From contig MU008158.1 in the NCBI GenBank assembly GCA_010909165.1, positions 1,327,478 to 1,391,477 on the forward strand: a stretch of DNA of 64,000 bases, in the 5' to 3' direction. This stretch comes from Anthoceros angustus. Lineage: Eukaryota; Plantae; Anthocerotophyta. Positions 62,001 to 64,000 of the stretch are shown piece after piece. Position numbers and translations under genes: made by a program. Each line of letters begins with the position of its first letter. The stretch's first letter is position 1. Below the pieces are notes generated by a model. That model saw only the letters and a program-made list of their open reading frames with translations, did not search any database and was not told the DNA's origin.

Positions 62001-63913
62001 TGTGTCAGATGGTCAGATGCGCCTTGAAGCTTCTTGCCCACCTTCTCACCGATCTCTGTTCTCCCAAGGGCTGGAATCCTTGCTCCAGCATCCAGAATTG
62101 TACCCTGCTGCACAACCGCGTAGGGTTCAACTACAGCGCCGCTTCCAATCCGGATGGGTTGGAACCTCACCACCCCTCCACGCACGTCATGGCTCTGGAT
62201 TGTGGCTCCTTCGCTTAACACAGCCCCACTCCCAACATAAAGCAGGGACGGGTCTGTGATGTCTGTAGTGTCCAGAAACACATGGTCTCCAATCTCTGCT
62301 CCCAGCAAGCGGTACCAGTATGTGAGGAAAACGGTGCCCCTAAGGTGCATTCCCACCACATGGTTGGAAGCAAAGTCACACAAGCGATACAGCATCCACC
62401 AGTTGACATAATCCAAGGACCAGAGCGGCACTGCCGTCTTAATGCAGTAATTGGGCCTCAGCAGCGTGGTTGCAAAGATGCTCACTGCCGTCAATGCAAG
62501 GTAAGCAAGCCAACCCAAAGGCACGAGCAGCGCGAACTTGACAGCCAGCACGAAGGAGGGAATTGGGCCCTGGACGTTGCTGATCACTAGATTGCCAACC
62601 TTCCCGTAGACGAAGAATGCCGGAAAAATGGTGACAGCAGCAATGTAAACCAACCCTAGCACCTGCAGGCAAGTGATCACCACCTTCCGCCGCTGAGAGG
62701 GCTCGACAGCTGACTCCAACTGTGCATCAGAGATGAGCTCCTTCTCCATCTCCGCCTCTAAACTGGTGGCATATTCCTGACAATTTTCACTACCCAATCT
62801 CAGTGTCTCAGCCTCAGTCGTGGTACTAACGGGTGCTGCCTTGTGCAGCATCTGAAGGGCCACGCTGGTGAGGTCGGCGATGGAGCCTGCAGTGTAGACA
62901 TCGATAGCGGCAATGTGGATTCCCAGAAACTCCGAAAGCTTCTGTGCAGCCCACACCACCGCCACGGAATCCATTCCGAAGGACGTCAAAGCGTCCGTTG
63001 TGGAAATCTGGTCGGTTCCCAATCCCATCCTCTCCGCCACCAACTTCACCAGATGGTCTTCAATTTCCTTCCCAGTCTTTCTGCGGGCTGTGTTTGTGTC
63101 TCGCAAGCTACACCTTGTGACACTCCTGTCCACCATGAGCTTACTGGCTGGCCTGACGATGACGAGCGTCCCGTCCAGGAACCTCTTGGAGCACTCTCGC
63201 CGCCGGATCTTCCCCGACGTGGTCTTGGGAATTGTTCTGGGCTTCACCAGAACGACGTGGGCCACTTCCACGCCGTGCTCCGACGCCACATCCGCCTTGA
63301 TCCTTCCCACCAGCTCCGGCTCAAGGCGGTTGGCCTTCTCGTCCCTGACCTCCGCGACCACCACGATGCCGACATCGTCCGGAGCAGACGCTCGGGATGC
63401 AGCTCCTGCCCTGCCAGTTGTCCGCAATCGCAGCTCCGAGAAAGGAACTCCGAAGGCAGCGCTGCAGCCGGGGCGGATGCTGCGGGAACAGCCTTCCACC
63501 GTCTTCTCGACGTCGGAGGGATAGATGTTCCGGCCCGCCACGATGATGAGGTCCTTGATCCGGCCCGTGACAAATAACATGTCTCCAATCACCCTCCCCA
63601 GGTCCCCGGTGCGCAGGAACCTTCGCCCGCTGTCGTCCAGCTGGTTGTGGAAAGTCTCCCTGCTCAGCTCCGGGAGGCCCCAGTACCCAATCCCGGCGCT
63701 GGGGCTGCTCACCCAGATCTCCCCTTCCCTCCCGTTCTCCAATTCCTGCCCCCTTTCGGGATCCACGATCCTGATGTCTACGTCGCCGTTGCCCTGATCC
63801 ACATACCCGCAGCACACTCTGTTCTCCCAGTCCAGGTAAACGGGTCTCTTCATGCCGTACGCAGTGCACGCGAAGACAGAATTCTCTGCCAGCCCGTATC
63901 CTGGAGCCATGAT
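59014..63913 (-). CDS. NRPS-like membrane megasynthase: FAAL-type adenylation - carrier protein - (TM+LbH)x2 - catalase-like heme domain - TM+LbH (5' part outside window)
   Basis: ORFs 61955-63982 and 59014-61884 join in frame through an 85-nt GT-AG intron (61999-61915). Motifs PGYGLAEN, LRTGDLG, GRIKDLIIVAGRNIYP, PKTTSGKIRR; GMDSV; three repeats of (Y/L)RxLGAxIG..(D/N)PxLL; RYFHRLG..VRHSN..DARG..GRSLAY. Probable upstream acceptor at 63914. Confidence 0.88.
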
Positions 63914-64000
63914 CTGTCTCCAATTGCAGGAGAACTTGTAAGCAAGCTTGCCAACAACTTTGTGTGACCAATGTTCAGCCATTGCAATGACAGAGGTGGG

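Noticed and set aside
62843-63971. Antisense and alternate-frame ORFs over the adenylation domain
   Set aside because: Shadow ORFs of GC-rich coding sequence.
63914-63982. MAEHWSHK... as the true N-terminus of the megasynthase
   Set aside because: The adenylation domain is incomplete here (N-terminal core motifs missing), and a CAG acceptor precedes IMAPGYGLAEN, so this stretch is most likely intron.

Overview
Eukaryotic land-plant nuclear DNA. The short introns (mostly ~70-190 nt), very compact gene spacing and a DYW:KP-type PPR protein point to a hornwort; this is inference. Left part: the 3' end of MED12 (1-2205), then ~18 kb of decayed DNA-transposon sequence (scrambled, multiply repeated CACTA Tnp2 fragments and a Sola/DUF7869-like transposase remnant), then an intron-containing COQ3 pseudogene split by a 4.8-kb insertion. 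Middle: a GC- and microsatellite-rich tract hiding a micro-exon gene that fuses a GATA-like/PHD zinc-finger module to a SAP30 Sin3-binding domain, followed by tRNA-Glu(CTC). Right part is gene-dense: PLS-E-DYW:KP PPR (candidate U-to-C editing factor), ALS3/STAR2, U11/U12-31K, a small P-class PPR, a BAG6-like gene with a U12-type intron, a secreted single-DUF26 protein and a CYP85-clan P450. It ends with the most striking feature, running off the right edge: a membrane-anchored NRPS-like megasynthase (FAAL-type adenylation domain, carrier protein, three Pls-like TM/left-handed beta-helix modules) with a catalase-related heme domain inserted between modules 2 and 3, ~530 bp upstream of the co-oriented P450. 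All family calls come from motif recognition by eye; no database search was run.
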